Notes under the pieces: generated by a model
The model's input: only the letters and a program-made list of their open reading frames with translations
Told to the model about the DNA's origin: nothing
Database searches by the model: none
Part shown: positions 63,232 to 64,000 of the stretch, one piece after another
Numbering within the stretch: the stretch's first letter is position 1
How the letters are laid out: each line of letters begins with the position of its first letter
Made by a program: the position numbers and the translations under genes
DNA from: Eledone cirrhosa
Taxonomy: Eukaryota
Assembly (NCBI GenBank): GCA_964016885.1
Contig: OZ024740.1
Location: 303,924,001 to 303,988,000 of the forward strand
DNA: 64,000 bases
Direction: 5' to 3'

Positions 63232-64000
63232 TATTAACATGATATATTTAGCTAAACCTCTTAATGTAGTTTTCTGATTAAGTCTTTCATTCTCGATTTT
63301 TTTAAAATAAAATAAAACCACAGCCTGCTTTTATAATAACCTTGTATTTCAGATTCCAAAAGCCCCCTAATTTCTTAGTTATTCTTAATTGAAACCCTGG
63401 CAATTTAACTTAAATACTTTAGAAAAACCTAAATCTTTTTTTTTTTTTTCATTGCAGAAAGCTGGCCAATTTTCTGAATATAAGTCCATATTATACCATT
63501 TTTAACATCAAAGAGGTTTAAATTCAGAAAAACCTATTTTTTGCTGAGAATTACTAAATTTTCACAACTTCAAATTTGGTAAATAAATGATGAATCTAGA
63601 TGAATTTTGATTTTTTTTTTCTTCAATAAATGATTCAATTGTTCTTTTTCTTTAAAGATCTTGTAATTTTGAATTATTTCATAACTGACATTTCAGTTTT
63701 ACCATACCATGATGGGAGTGGGTGTGGTCCAATTGCTTCTAAGAATTATTGTTGAAATGTATGCACATAAATAGAAAATAATTGGAAGTAGTTTTTAAAA
63801 ATGTTCATAAAGTAAATTTTTTGTAAGTTAAATATACCATCATTAGTTGTTTTATGACTGCCTTTCCATGCTGGCATGGGTTGGACAAGGCCTTTTGAGG
63901 CAGTCTTTCCTTACAAAAAGGATAAAACAGTTTCTGATGGATCTCTACTGATTATAACACTGACTATTTTGTATACGTGTAATGTCTGAATGAGTATCCT

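Noticed and set aside
63587-63688. Additional box C/D snoRNA (ATGATGA...CTGA)
   Set aside because: No convincing terminal stem or recognisable rRNA guide; very AT-rich, so likely chance.

Overview
AT-rich, microsatellite- and transposon-dense animal genomic DNA; the repeat content suggests a cephalopod/octopus, which is inference only. (1) Minus strand 438-26567: the 5' part of an intron-rich MSH6 gene, 14 coding exons and 548 codons (PIP box, PWWP, MutS domain I and the start of domain II), continuing beyond the left edge. (2) Two related hAT DNA transposons with intact 8-bp TSDs: 16714-21181, and 28520-45281, which is swollen to 16.8 kb by nested RTE and Tx1 LINEs. The first carries about 205 bp of the second's flank. 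(3) Several foldback or short insertions at (TA)n that carry Penelope-type hammerhead-ribozyme-like motifs with variant cores. (4) Plus strand 49638-55147: a 4-exon gene for a 153-aa GIY-YIG-like protein, with a splice donor 26 nt after its stop codon. Downstream lies an array of ten U16/SNORD16-like box C/D snoRNAs (56123-63231), expanded by 2.32-kb tandem duplication and interspersed with candidate non-coding mini-exons. All calls come from reading the sequence; no searches were run.
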